Positions 30,339-40,950 are shown, numbered from the stretch's first letter. The stretch is DNA of 64,000 nt from Candidatus Gottesmanbacteria bacterium (GCA_023245355.1 JAHFKN010000002.1:72460-136459), one strand, 5' to 3'. The notes: generated by a model not told the origin, from the letters alone. Program-made: numbers and translations.

Positions 30339-30378
30339 TAAGCGGGGTCAGTCAAATCCGGAGCAGTTTCCTGCTATT

Positions 30379-32409
30379 TCATTGCAGCACATCAAAATAA
30401 TCTCCCGGGGGAAGCAGCTCTTTATTCATGGCGTTCTCACATTGCTCTTTGGGCGACTCATGCTTTATACACTCACGCAGAACCTGCTGCGCTTTGCTGT
30501 CGTTGTGTCTTATGTGCTGATAATACATCGCGAGCTCTATGTAAAGGGGCGCATAGTCAGGATTTACGTCCACAGCAAGACGCCACAATCTTTCCGTTTC
30601 CCACATGTTTGTGGGTATCTGCCTGAGTCCTAAAAGGTACAAAAACGACACATACCCCTCACGTAATCGGGGAGGGTTCGTTCTGTATATATCTGTCAGC
30701 AGTGCCCCCAAGTTGCTTGTCTGAGGCAAAAGAGCGTCAATTCGGGAATGAAGCCGCGCGGGCGTAGCCCTGCCGAGCAAAAAAAGAAAATCTTTTCCCA
30801 TTGTGTCCGTGTTTCCGTTTCCCGGAGCGAGCAGTGAAAAGTGTCTCCCTGCGCGCTCTGTGTTTTGTGGGTCGGCAAACGCCGCATCACGGGAAAACAT
30901 AATGGCATCTTCCGTGTTTCCTTCGTTTTGCATGTTTTCACTTATCTCTTCAAGAATCTGCGGGTTTTTCCGGTGAAACAGCCGGGCCGTCCACACGGCG
31001 TCTGCCCGCGTACTTTTGCTTTGTTCCAGATATAGCAATGTTTGCACGCTGTCAAACGGCGCCAGGTAAAACGCAAGATCATGCCTTTTTGTGAACAATC
31101 CGACTCCGTTGCTGCCGATCCAAAGCAGATAATATACGCTGACAACAATCAGCGCCGTTTGTATGCCCGCGGCAGAACCCCCCCTTTTTTCGGTATCTGT
31201 TATGCCGGTGACAAATCCCGAAACGGCAAGAAGCAACAACCACACGATAAAGTAGTCAAGAACAAACTCGAACAGGCTGTAGATAACAATGAGGGCACAC
31301 CCCATAAGAAGTGCGGCAGCGGTTTTGTCTGTCTCAAGCTTCTTTCTGTTTACGTATACATGACGGGCGTGTGCAAACAGCAGCATTCCAAACGCCGCAA
31401 AACCCACAACACCCGTCTCGGCGAGGATTTGAAGCGGTTGACTGTGAGCAAACCATGAAGCGGAAAAGGGGACCCTCTGATACCGCCAGGAAACAAGCGA
31501 AAACGTGCCGGGCCCGCTTCCTGTGATCGGCCGTTCAATAAACCCCTCCATTGCCTGACGCCAATACTCAAGCCTGACTGTTGCAGATCTGGGCCGCATA
31601 TAGGATTCTAAAACATTCTTTTTTACCGGCGCTCCCATATATACCACCGTAAAATAGCCACCGATCAAAACAGTAAACAGGCACACAGAGAGAACAATCG
31701 CTTTTACCGCACGTTTTTTCCCGGCTGCGTGTGCGGCGGCGGCAAAAAACACTGTAACGAGTGCCCACGCCGCCCTGGCCAGAGTCGAAAAAAGAAGCAG
31801 GGTATACACAATTACCGTAATAGCGGCCGGTCTGGCGGGAAACACGCGCAGGTTGTTCCACACGAGGGGGGAAACAAAAACCAAGAGATCCGCCAGATGA
31901 TTATGTCCGAAGCTTCTGCTTACCAAATTCATAGAAGGTATAAAGCGTTGCCCGGCCGGAAACGCCATGAAGATTAATGAAACTATGCTTGCTGCCCCCA
32001 CAAACGCAAGCAGCCCTCCTGAAAATATCGCTTCTTTTTTCTCTGATGCAACCTCATAAAATAACCGGTACACCAAATATCCGCAAAGCAGCCGGATGAG
32101 CCAGGACAAAGAAAAGCCGACGCTGTCAGAGGTTATGGCAGAAAGTATTGTTGCGGCAAATACTCCTGCCCAGGCGAAAGAAACAAAGCGCGGAGGGCCC
32201 GATGAAATTTGCCCGCGCCACGACAACCGGAGCGTCCAAAGAATCAAAACAACCGCGGCCACATACACCTCTACCACTGCCTGTTTTCCATCTCCGAAAA
32301 AAAGTCCCAAAAAAGACAGCCCAAAAAAAATAACAATAAGCCACGTTGTGTTACTTTCCTTTTTTGCGGCGTTTATGATGGCAGCAAGGCGCAATCCCAT
32401 ACATTTCAC
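30379..32409 (-). CDS. O-antigen ligase-like membrane domain fused to C-terminal TPR repeats
   Basis: A polytopic N-terminal half is followed by a roughly 230-aa TPR-like helical C-terminus. Confidence 0.5.
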   Translation of the reverse strand: MKCMGLRLAAIINAAKKESNTTWLIVIFFGLSFLGLFFGDGKQAVVEVYVAAVVLILWTLRLSWRGQISSGPPRFVSFAWAGVFAATILSAITSDSVGFSLSWLIRLLCGYLVYRLFYEVASEKKEAIFSGGLLAFVGAASIVSLIFMAFPAGQRFIPSMNLVSRSFGHNHLADLLVFVSPLVWNNLRVFPARPAAITVIVYTLLLFSTLARAAWALVTVFFAAAAHAAGKKRAVKAIVLSVCLFTVLIGGYFTVVYMGAPVKKNVLESYMRPRSATVRLEYWRQAMEGFIERPITGSGPGTFSLVSWRYQRVPFSASWFAHSQPLQILAETGVVGFAAFGMLLFAHARHVYVNRKKLETDKTAAALLMGCALIVIYSLFEFVLDYFIVWLLLLAVSGFVTGITDTEKRGGSAAGIQTALIVVSVYYLLWIGSNGVGLFTKRHDLAFYLAPFDSVQTLLYLEQSKSTRADAVWTARLFHRKNPQILEEISENMQNEGNTEDAIMFSRDAAFADPQNTERAGRHFSLLAPGNGNTDTMGKDFLFLLGRATPARLHSRIDALLPQTSNLGALLTDIYRTNPPRLREGYVSFLYLLGLRQIPTNMWETERLWRLAVDVNPDYAPLYIELAMYYQHIRHNDSKAQQVLRECIKHESPKEQCENAMNKELLPPGDYFDVLQ

Positions 32410-32440
32410 TATATCACAGCAAGGGTGTTCCTACGGGCTC

Positions 32441-32487
32441 TTGACAATAAATCTTCCAATGCGTACTATGTGGACAAGTTATCCACA
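32441..32487 (+). promoter_or_regulatory. dnaA promoter (TTGACA-17-TACTAT) with two adjacent opposed DnaA boxes (TGTGGACAA / TTATCCACA)
   Basis: The hexamers and the 9-mers were read directly from the sequence. The boxes lie 20 nt upstream of the dnaA ATG. Confidence 0.45.
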
Positions 32488-32507
32488 ACCTGCTCCCTGC
32501 TTCATGT

Positions 32508-33872
32508 ATGGATCTAATCAGACTTTGGAAATCAGTGCTTGCTGAAATTGAGCTGTCCGTCTCAAAGGCCACATATCATACTCACTTTGCCCACTCGGAA
32601 CTCATAAGCTTGGATGGCGAGGTCGCGTCCGTCGGCTTCCCGAGTCCGATCATGAGAACGCTCGCGGAAACAAGATACTACAGCCTTATCAAGAGTATTA
32701 TCGACCACAAAACGGGAGGAAATGTCAGTTTGGTGTTTTTGGTGTTACCCAAAAAGGAGACGGGTGAAAAAAATCCCGGCCCGTTATTTACCCAAGTGTT
32801 CGAATCAGAACCGAACACTGTTATGAGGGCCCGCAGACTTCACATAAATCCGGATCTGACCTTTGATAATTATGCCGTTTCTACAACAAACCAGCTGGCG
32901 TATGCCGCCGCGACGGCGGTCTCTAAAACAATCGGGCTCGCATATAACCCGTTGTTCCTCTACGGGGGAGTGGGGGTCGGAAAAACACACCTTATGTATG
33001 CAATCGCTAACTCTCTTCTCATTGCGAAACCGTCGCTTCGCGTCGTGTATTGCATGGGAGAAGAATTTTTAAACGATATTATTGAGGCTATCCAGACAAA
33101 AACCGCCCGCCAGTTTAAACAAAAATACAGGGGAGCCGAGCTTCTTATGGTTGATGACGTACAGTTCATCGCGGGAAAACAAACCGCGCAGGAAGAATTT
33201 TTTCATACATTCAATGCGGTGTTAAGAGAGGGTGGCCAGGTGCTTCTGACGAGTGATCGGCCGCCGCATGAAATCGCAAGGCTGGAGGACCGTCTACGGA
33301 GCCGGTTTGAGGGAGGGCTTATTGTAGACATATCCCCCCCGGACTTTGAGCTCCGCGCCGCAATCGTAAACATTAAGGCCAAAGCGCTTGGACTCACTGT
33401 TCCGAATGACTCGGCTCAGATCATCGCGGCAAACGTTGTCGATGCCAGAGCCATAGAGGGGTTTTTGCGGCGTCTCACAACTGAAATGGCCACAAAGCCT
33501 CAACCCATAACGCCGGAGCTTGTTTCGTCACTTCTCAATACGAAGTCGGCCGTCATGGGACAAACCAAAACAACAAAGAGGGTCACGCCGCAGGAACTAC
33601 TGGAGGCGGTCTCAACGTACTTCGATATTAAGCCTACGCTTTTAAAAGGTCCGAAGCGGGACCGCCCGATCGCGCGGCCCCGGCAGGTGTACATGTACTT
33701 ATCGAAAATTGAGCTTGGCTTAACGTATGAGGACATCGGCGGGTCTCTCGGGGGAAGAGATCATACGACAGTTATGCACGGTGTCGAGACAATTACCCAA
33801 GAATTGTCCACGAACGAGTCTTTGCGTTCGGCCGTAACGGGGATAAAACAAAAGTTATGGGCTCAGCAATAA
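32508..33872 (+). CDS. dnaA: chromosomal replication initiator protein DnaA
   Basis: It has the AAA+ Walker A GGVGVGKTHL, the sensor/box VII region and a C-terminal DNA-binding domain with the DHTTV motif. Confidence 0.9.
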   Translation: MDLIRLWKSVLAEIELSVSKATYHTHFAHSELISLDGEVASVGFPSPIMRTLAETRYYSLIKSIIDHKTGGNVSLVFLVLPKKETGEKNPGPLFTQVFESEPNTVMRARRLHINPDLTFDNYAVSTTNQLAYAAATAVSKTIGLAYNPLFLYGGVGVGKTHLMYAIANSLLIAKPSLRVVYCMGEEFLNDIIEAIQTKTARQFKQKYRGAELLMVDDVQFIAGKQTAQEEFFHTFNAVLREGGQVLLTSDRPPHEIARLEDRLRSRFEGGLIVDISPPDFELRAAIVNIKAKALGLTVPNDSAQIIAANVVDARAIEGFLRRLTTEMATKPQPITPELVSSLLNTKSAVMGQTKTTKRVTPQELLEAVSTYFDIKPTLLKGPKRDRPIARPRQVYMYLSKIELGLTYEDIGGSLGGRDHTTVMHGVETITQELSTNESLRSAVTGIKQKLWAQQ

Positions 33873-34056
33873 TAAGGTTTTCCACTTATGCACCGCGCAC
33901 ACAAAGTTATCCACATGCTTTTCCACTTTCTTCTTTTGATTTTGCCGGTACTTATCCACAACTCAAACAGACTATTTGTCTTGTCATTGACACACAAATC
34001 AAAAAACCATACACTTTTCCACGCCTAATTCTTATTACTACTGCTGGTATACCTAT
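33873..34056 (+). promoter_or_regulatory. oriC-like region between dnaA and dnaN: 2 perfect TTATCCACA boxes plus 3 TTTTCCAC(T/G) variants, AT-rich tracts
   Basis: The boxes are at 33907-33915 and 33952-33960, with variants near 33878, 33919 and 34016, all in the same orientation. Confidence 0.55.
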
Positions 34057-35163
34057 ATGAATATAAAACTTCTACAGGAGAATTTACAAAAAGCTCTTAC
34101 ACATATTACCAGGGTTGTACCGAGCAAGCCCCAGATTCCCATTCTTCAGAATATTAAGCTTACTGCGACGAAAGAAGGGCTGGAAATTACCGCGACAAAC
34201 ATGGAAACCACCGAAACGATCTGGATAGGCGGAAAGGTTGAGAAGGAAGGGTCTGTCTGTGTCTCAGCGAGAGTTCTTTTTGAGTTCGTTGCAACGCTAC
34301 CGCCTGAAACAGTTCACATTCTGCAAAAAGAAGAACAGCTGATTGTTTCCAGCGCCGGATTTGAAGCACAACTGCCGACCGTGTCCGCTTCGGAGTTCCC
34401 CCCGTCCCCCTCGTTGTCGTTAAAAGACGCAGGAAGCATCGATAAGGAGAAATTTGTTGGTGCGCTTTCTAACGTGTTGTTTGCCGCAGCAACGGACGAA
34501 GGAAGACCGATGTTGACGGGCATTAAGGTCGTTGAAGACGGGGACCAAACCATGTTTGTGGCGACCGACGGATACAGACTTTCTCTCTGCCGCATGGCAA
34601 TGTCAGTAAAATCTCTTTCGCAGGCGATTATTCCCGCCAGGGCCCTCTCTGAAGTGGTGAAGCTGTCTGGTGAAGAAAAGGCGGAAGAGGGGATTAAAAT
34701 AGGGCTCGCTGGGGAGCATCAGGTGGGGTTCGTCGTCGGGGAGACGACGCTGTTAACGCGGCTCCTTGACGGGGAATATCCTAACTTCGAGCGGATTATT
34801 CCGAAAACGTTTACCACCCGGGCGCTGATAGAAAAAGAGGGGTTGCTGCGCGCGGTCAGGTCAGCGGCTATTTTCGCCAGAGACAACGCAAACATAGTCA
34901 GGTTGAGTCTCGACAAGCAAAAAATAGTCGTATCTGCCAACGCCGCCCAGGTCGGAAAAAATTCAATAGAGCTCTCGGCGAAAATCGACGGAGACGGCGG
35001 GGAAATTGCGTTTAACAGCAGATTTCTGTTGGATTTCCTTTCAAATTATCAGGAAGACGAGTTTTTGTTTGAAATGACGGGCTCATTAAACTCGGGGGTT
35101 TTTAAACCGGTAAAGGACGACTCCTACCTTCATATTATAATGCCGGTGCGGGTGACATCATAA
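34057..35163 (+). CDS. dnaN: DNA polymerase III beta subunit (sliding clamp)
   Basis: It has the three-domain beta-clamp architecture and lies immediately downstream of dnaA. Confidence 0.9.
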   Translation: MNIKLLQENLQKALTHITRVVPSKPQIPILQNIKLTATKEGLEITATNMETTETIWIGGKVEKEGSVCVSARVLFEFVATLPPETVHILQKEEQLIVSSAGFEAQLPTVSASEFPPSPSLSLKDAGSIDKEKFVGALSNVLFAAATDEGRPMLTGIKVVEDGDQTMFVATDGYRLSLCRMAMSVKSLSQAIIPARALSEVVKLSGEEKAEEGIKIGLAGEHQVGFVVGETTLLTRLLDGEYPNFERIIPKTFTTRALIEKEGLLRAVRSAAIFARDNANIVRLSLDKQKIVVSANAAQVGKNSIELSAKIDGDGGEIAFNSRFLLDFLSNYQEDEFLFEMTGSLNSGVFKPVKDDSYLHIIMPVRVTS

Positions 35164-35165
35164 CG

Positions 35166-36167
35166 TTATAGCGCGGACACGACCGTTGTTGTTTTGAGTA
35201 CCGCTTTTTCTCCTGGCTCTTCAGCGGTCCCCGTAAACACAAAAATCGGCACGAGAAATTCCTGAACAGGAGAATAGAAATATCCTAAGGTTACCCTTTG
35301 GATGTTTATGGCAGACGGCAATGCGCCGGTCATAAACTCCTTTTCTCCCGTGCTCGTGAGAGAAACGCTTGAAAAAATACCGACATTGGCCTTTAGCCGC
35401 CGCAGCGCCTCACTATAGGAGATAATGGAAACGCTCTGCGCCTCTTTCGTTACATCGGGAAGTATTGTCGCCCGAAGCTCCGTGAGCACATCGTCCCCGT
35501 TAAAACTCGCGGAAAAAACCGGGGTGTCCGCATCGTTTATGAACACCGGCAAGCCCCCGATGACGGCCGAAAAATCCAGCTGAGTAATTACGGCCCCCTG
35601 CGGAGTGGTGAGTTCAGTAGGATGCGGATCGTTAAAAGATAGAAATCGTTGGGCAGATATGGTCGCGGAAAACGGCTGAGGAACGACCGATAAATCCGCA
35701 AGGCCGGATGTGAAGACATCAATATATTTACCGATGTTATTTGTGACAAACCTGTTTGAGCTTACGGTGGTATGGAGGGTGAACGTCAGGGGATTTTCTG
35801 ACAGCGTGCCGGACATATTGTTTGAGGAAAAGTTTGCATAGCGCCCTTTGGACCCGATAATTGTAGAAGGGGGAGTCGTGCTGGTATATAAAGAAAAAAT
35901 ACGGCTCCGTTCAGTTTCGAAATCCCGGACACGCGAAATCTTGTAATACGGAACGCTTGCCGGGAACGACGCGACCGGCGCCCCTGAATACGTAATCGGG
36001 CCACCGGAAAGCGGTTGTGGTAATGAAGACGGGCGGATAGGCGGAGGAGTGATAAATACCCGCTCCTGTATCGGCGGTTGTACGGATGTTTTTGTGCGGG
36101 TGGCCACAAAAAACAAAGCGAGGCTCAAAAAAACAAAGGCTCCGATGATTAACCATGATTTTTTCAT
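35166..36167 (-). CDS. hypothetical exported/membrane-anchored protein (last gene of T4SS operon A)
   Basis: It has an N-terminal TM or signal sequence and a Pro/Ser-rich region. Confidence 0.35.
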   Translation of the reverse strand: MKKSWLIIGAFVFLSLALFFVATRTKTSVQPPIQERVFITPPPIRPSSLPQPLSGGPITYSGAPVASFPASVPYYKISRVRDFETERSRIFSLYTSTTPPSTIIGSKGRYANFSSNNMSGTLSENPLTFTLHTTVSSNRFVTNNIGKYIDVFTSGLADLSVVPQPFSATISAQRFLSFNDPHPTELTTPQGAVITQLDFSAVIGGLPVFINDADTPVFSASFNGDDVLTELRATILPDVTKEAQSVSIISYSEALRRLKANVGIFSSVSLTSTGEKEFMTGALPSAINIQRVTLGYFYSPVQEFLVPIFVFTGTAEEPGEKAVLKTTTVVSAL

Positions 36168-36170
36168 ATA

Positions 36171-38357
36171 TTACGGGCACCCCGCAGGGAGCGGAAACGG
36201 CGTTGTCTGATTCGGTCCTTTGTATCCCCAGTGCAAATGTGTGCCGTATCCCTCTCCGCACTTATTGCCGATGCACCCATAAGTATATCCCGTCGTGTCG
36301 ACGTATCCTATGACGGTGCCGGCGGGAATGAGTACCGGCTTTCCTGAATTAGCCGTAACAAGCGGGGAGACGTCCAGTAAATGCGCGTAGTTAGTACAAT
36401 ATTGTTGATTATTTGACGGGTCTGTGGCCACCAATACAACATTGTTGCCGTAACTACCGTATTTGTACTGATACGGCGCGTAGGTGTTAACGTACGACGC
36501 TACATAGGCATCGTGGGCGGCTACGACCGGCGTACCCTGACTTGCACCGAAGTCATACGCGTTAAGGTTTTTGTGGGATCCGCTCGGGCTAAACGGTCCC
36601 TGAGTGATCGGCGCATGGACGGGGCACGTGCTTATGGATGCCACAGGCGAGGCTCCTGACCATGTACATACAAATGTTGTTGCCTGAATATTCCCGCTTG
36701 TGATGTTTGTAATTGTTTCTTTGTACCGGCGTAACGACGCAAATATCGCGCTGACTTTTGCGCTGTGGGAAAGCTGCGAAACATTAAGCGGGGTAGGGAG
36801 AATAAACAAAAGCAAAAGCGAACCCACAACGATGAGAGCGGTGAGAAGCGGCATGTCTTCTCCGATGGGAATGGGGATGGCCGCCGCCCTGCGGGACCGG
36901 CTCATTTGCTGCGGAATAAACGGGCTTGTCAAAAAGAACGACGTGGTCCTGTCAACGAGTGAGCCGAACGCCCCGCCGATTGCGTTACTCAGCCATCCGA
37001 CTCCAAGCAGAGGGAATCCGACAGCATACGGACGCAAAGAACTACCCTTGCTGTAAACATTTTGTTGTAAACTAAACGTCCTGAATACGTCCCACGGCAT
37101 TATCCCGGAGGGAAGAAACGATCTTCCGGGAGGTGCCGCGGCGTTTGCGCGGGCAAGTTCAAAAAAATCCAACAACCGGTCCTGTGTTCCGTGCGCAAGC
37201 GCCGGGCTTAGCGGACCGCGGAACACAGAAGAAAATACATCATCGAAGATGGTCCGGACTTGTCCTCCCTGAGGCCTTTCTGAAAGCTGGCGGGTTAAAT
37301 CCTGGGCTACGCGGGTAAATAATGAACTATGAACGAAGTTTTCTCCCAACCTGTCAACAAAACGCTGTGTTCCCGATAGCATTGACCGCAAGGTTCCGTT
37401 GACCTTTTCATGAATAATCATTTCGCGCACAGGTTCCCCGACGAGAGACAAAATACCGTCGGCACCCTGTTGCAGGCCTTTAGCCACACCTTTCGCGCCG
37501 GAGGCAGAAAAGAACTGAAGGCTTCCTCCTTTGTGCGACGGATTGCTTTCCAGCGAAGCGGCGACTCCCGCCAGTTTATCTGCCCGGAGGAACGTGTCGG
37601 CAATAGATTCAGATGTGGGCGCGTTTAAAACAACGTCAACAAAAACATCCGGGCGCCTCATGTCCGGTTTTTCGTACAGCGTAGTGGTGAGCGCCTGTGA
37701 CCGTTTTGTTTGGGACACTACCTCCGAAACATACGCATCATTTTCCGTAAGTGAGAGTGCGATATCCTTTTTGAGGATGTTTACCTGATCCGCAGATAAT
37801 CCCGCAGAAGCGATTTCGTTGGACGCGACAAGCATTTCCGCAAATCGCTCCTTGGTCTGTTTTTGCGTTGCTTCTCCCGCGGCGGCAACGAGCGCGCGGT
37901 CGACGGCAGCGCCGAGCGCCTCTTCTGACACCGTCGGTGTGGTAGAGCTGAATTTGTTTACAAGCGTATGAATAAACGTACGCCGCTGGGTTTTTTGGCT
38001 GTTTAATTTGGCCTGCGTGGCCTCTCTGATGCGGACAGCGGCGTGTTTTCTCACCTCTCCTAAATCATGCACTTCCTTTTCCTGTAACACCTGGTCAGGG
38101 AGCTGACTTTGAAAATTAGGCAGCTCGCCTAATTTTTCCGAGGCACGGGATATGATTGACTCAAAAGCAGCAACGAGCTCATTTTCTCCTACGGTTTCCG
38201 CTTGTCCCAGCAATTCCCTCTCAGAAGATATAAGCTCCCGAAGATATGCATACTGGCCTGCGGCGGAAATCGCCTCATAGACGGAGATGCTGCCGGAGGA
38301 AACATCTGACAGCAGGTTGTCGATGAATTCTTTCAGTGGTTGCGTGTCGCTTGCCAT
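36171..38357 (-). CDS. T4SS-associated cell-wall hydrolase with C-terminal M23 (LytM) peptidase domain
   Basis: The C-terminus has GNNVVLVATD...YAHL...GTVIGYVDTTGYTYG...GTHLHWGY, the M23 pattern. There is an internal TM helix. Confidence 0.6.
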   Translation of the reverse strand: MASDTQPLKEFIDNLLSDVSSGSISVYEAISAAGQYAYLRELISSERELLGQAETVGENELVAAFESIISRASEKLGELPNFQSQLPDQVLQEKEVHDLGEVRKHAAVRIREATQAKLNSQKTQRRTFIHTLVNKFSSTTPTVSEEALGAAVDRALVAAAGEATQKQTKERFAEMLVASNEIASAGLSADQVNILKKDIALSLTENDAYVSEVVSQTKRSQALTTTLYEKPDMRRPDVFVDVVLNAPTSESIADTFLRADKLAGVAASLESNPSHKGGSLQFFSASGAKGVAKGLQQGADGILSLVGEPVREMIIHEKVNGTLRSMLSGTQRFVDRLGENFVHSSLFTRVAQDLTRQLSERPQGGQVRTIFDDVFSSVFRGPLSPALAHGTQDRLLDFFELARANAAAPPGRSFLPSGIMPWDVFRTFSLQQNVYSKGSSLRPYAVGFPLLGVGWLSNAIGGAFGSLVDRTTSFFLTSPFIPQQMSRSRRAAAIPIPIGEDMPLLTALIVVGSLLLLFILPTPLNVSQLSHSAKVSAIFASLRRYKETITNITSGNIQATTFVCTWSGASPVASISTCPVHAPITQGPFSPSGSHKNLNAYDFGASQGTPVVAAHDAYVASYVNTYAPYQYKYGSYGNNVVLVATDPSNNQQYCTNYAHLLDVSPLVTANSGKPVLIPAGTVIGYVDTTGYTYGCIGNKCGEGYGTHLHWGYKGPNQTTPFPLPAGCP

Positions 38358-38363
38358 AGTGCG

Positions 38364-40286
38364 TTAGTCGGGTTTATTGCTGTGAACGGTTTCTACGGTA
38401 AATATCGGACGGTTCGGCTTGGGGAGAGGCGGCGCGCTTTGCGGCACAACCGACGCCGCGGGAGCAGGAGTTGTGTTGATAAGTTCCTCCGTGGTTTCCT
38501 GGTGTTCTTTCATCGTCTCCTGTGGCCGTGTTGTTGCCACCTCATGTTCTTCGGGGCTTGCAATAACACGCATTGCCGCGTGAGCTGGTCCTGCGAAAAA
38601 CAACCCTTGTCCGACATCGGCAGCAAGGAGAAGATGCTTTTCTCCTTCAGAGAGGTAAAACACCTGCGCGATGGTGTCTATCGCGGCAGAAGATTGTTTA
38701 AGCAGTATTTGCATACTGCTGTTTTGAATAATCGCTTTTCCCATCTCCGTTGCCATAAAATCTTCCACATCCTGAGTGATGGTGGTAAGTCCGAGGTAAT
38801 ATTTTCTCGCCCGCTTTGCTATTCCGTATAAAAACTGCGCTGAGTCGGGGTATTTCATCATGTACCACGCCTCATCAACAATAAGAAGCCTTCTTCTCTT
38901 GTCGTGTCTGATTTTGTTCCAGATAAAATCCAGAATAAGATACATGGCAATCGGCCGCAGTTCGTCTTCCAAATCCCGGATGGAAAAAACGGTCAGTTGG
39001 TTTCTGATAGACACGTTTGTCTGCTGATCAAAAATACCAACCAGGCTTCCCCTGACAAATTTTTCTATCCGGTCAGCAAGACCCTTTGCTAACACTTCCT
39101 CCATGCCTACAAGCGTTTTATACAAATCTTCCATAAGCGGAGGCTCTTTTTTATGCGTTGTGGGGTCAGGGGTGATTCCTTTTTGTTTGTACGTAAGAAT
39201 AAGCGCGCGGTCCAACAGTGCGTCCTCCGTCGGTGTGAGGCGCCCCATAACAACGCGGAAAAACCCGTGAAGCGACAGTATTTTTTGACTTAACTCACTC
39301 TGACCGTCGCTGGTGGAGCCTAGCAGCGCAAGGTCAAACGGATTAAGTTTTGTTTGGGAGCCGAAGCGGAAGCGGATATATTCTCCTCCGAGCGTATGCG
39401 TCAGGTTTTCATACTCATTTTCCGGATCGATAACGATCACCTCAGTGTCAAACATGAGACTGCGCATGATTTCGAGTTTCACCATGTAGCTTTTTCCGCC
39501 TCCCGATTTTCCGAATACTACGGAATTAGCATTTTCCAGCGTGAATCTGTCAAAGATAATAAGCGAGTCGTTGTGTTCATTGAGTCCGTAAAGAATTCCT
39601 TCGTTTGCAGTAAGCTCGCTGGTTGTAAACGGAAACGTGGTTGCAAGAGACGTCGTGTCCATGTTCCGGGTAACAAGAACCCTGTCCTTGCCCATGGGAA
39701 GGGTTGTCTTTACACCCTCTTCCATTTGGAGAATGGATTTTTTGGTAACGATAAGAAGCGAGCCGAGTGTTGCCTCCACCTGTTTGGTTGTTTTATCAAG
39801 ATCTTCTCTGGTTTTTGCCGGGATTGTGACATAAAGTCCGAATTGGAAAAACCGCTCGGATCCCTTTGCCAGTTCCTGCTGCAACGCAAGCGCGTCTTCA
39901 AGGGCCACTTGTACCGATGGTTCTATAACGCGGCCACGTTTGAGGTCTGATTGTATGGTAGCCTCCATTTCACCGACTTTGCGCTTAAGATTTTCAAGTA
40001 TTTCTTCGCTTCTCGTCGGATATATATACATGGCAATATCCAGCGTGTGATTAAACGAAACGAGAGGTTCTAGCCAGTTTGCCGCAACGAAGCGGGGATA
40101 CCCGGCAACAAAAAGTGAGCGGTAATACCAGTCACCGACTTTTAAAAGGTCAAAATCCACCTCGATTGCGGGAGGTGCGATAATGTCGGTTGCTGTCAGG
40201 GACTGCTGAGACACGGACGAATTTTCCTTGGGAGGCGCAGATGCTCCCATGAATGTGTTAAGTAGCGCGTCGAGTTTCGAGGCCAT
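38364..40286 (-). CDS. VirB4/TrbE/PrgJ-family T4SS ATPase
   Basis: It has Walker A VVFGKSGGGKSY and Walker B LLIVDEAWYMM. Confidence 0.8.
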   Translation of the reverse strand: MASKLDALLNTFMGASAPPKENSSVSQQSLTATDIIAPPAIEVDFDLLKVGDWYYRSLFVAGYPRFVAANWLEPLVSFNHTLDIAMYIYPTRSEEILENLKRKVGEMEATIQSDLKRGRVIEPSVQVALEDALALQQELAKGSERFFQFGLYVTIPAKTREDLDKTTKQVEATLGSLLIVTKKSILQMEEGVKTTLPMGKDRVLVTRNMDTTSLATTFPFTTSELTANEGILYGLNEHNDSLIIFDRFTLENANSVVFGKSGGGKSYMVKLEIMRSLMFDTEVIVIDPENEYENLTHTLGGEYIRFRFGSQTKLNPFDLALLGSTSDGQSELSQKILSLHGFFRVVMGRLTPTEDALLDRALILTYKQKGITPDPTTHKKEPPLMEDLYKTLVGMEEVLAKGLADRIEKFVRGSLVGIFDQQTNVSIRNQLTVFSIRDLEDELRPIAMYLILDFIWNKIRHDKRRRLLIVDEAWYMMKYPDSAQFLYGIAKRARKYYLGLTTITQDVEDFMATEMGKAIIQNSSMQILLKQSSAAIDTIAQVFYLSEGEKHLLLAADVGQGLFFAGPAHAAMRVIASPEEHEVATTRPQETMKEHQETTEELINTTPAPAASVVPQSAPPLPKPNRPIFTVETVHSNKPD

Positions 40287-40945
40287 TATGGTTGTTCCTT
40301 TCCGAAATTGAGCATGGTCACATCCGGCGGCGGGTTTCCCGGGTTATACATGCTGAAAAACAGTTTCACGAGCGAGTCGGAATTTAACTGGGTAGCGTGG
40401 AGACCCACCCTGGCAAGTAAACGCACGAGATGATCGCGTTTCGGGAGCAACACTGTCTGCGCGCGGTCATATATGTATGATTTTTCATACGGCAACCCGG
40501 CTTTTTTGGGTCCGAATAAGAGGGTTGATGATACGCCAAGCTCAACATTGGAAAAGGGGAGAACTATGTAAAATTTCTTGTCCAGTACGTCCTTTTCTTT
40601 TACCATAGACGCGACAAACAGACGGTACCCGTGGATACTGCGCGTCAGCTTCGGATTCTTTTGGCGTTTCTCCTGGTCCTCAAGAAGCTTTAAATATGCG
40701 GATATGTCTTTATGTTTGGTCTGAATGAGAATTTGGATCGGAAACGAAAGCGAGTTGAGAAGTCCCGCATACGCATAAATAATAGCGTCCTGCTCTTTTT
40801 CCGACAGCAAGCCGAAGTTGACCGCTGTCGTTGCTATAACCAGAGCGACGGAGCCGTCCGCGAACATGATAAGATCGCGGTCAACGTCGACTATTTCCGT
40901 AAACACCTGTGTTGATGCGCGTATTGGTACGATAGGTTCTGCCAT
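40286..40945 (-). CDS. hypothetical T4SS-associated protein
   Basis: It is co-operonic, with a TAATG overlap with the virB4-like gene. Confidence 0.35.
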   Translation of the reverse strand: MAEPIVPIRASTQVFTEIVDVDRDLIMFADGSVALVIATTAVNFGLLSEKEQDAIIYAYAGLLNSLSFPIQILIQTKHKDISAYLKLLEDQEKRQKNPKLTRSIHGYRLFVASMVKEKDVLDKKFYIVLPFSNVELGVSSTLLFGPKKAGLPYEKSYIYDRAQTVLLPKRDHLVRLLARVGLHATQLNSDSLVKLFFSMYNPGNPPPDVTMLNFGKEQP

Positions 40946-40950
40946 AATGA

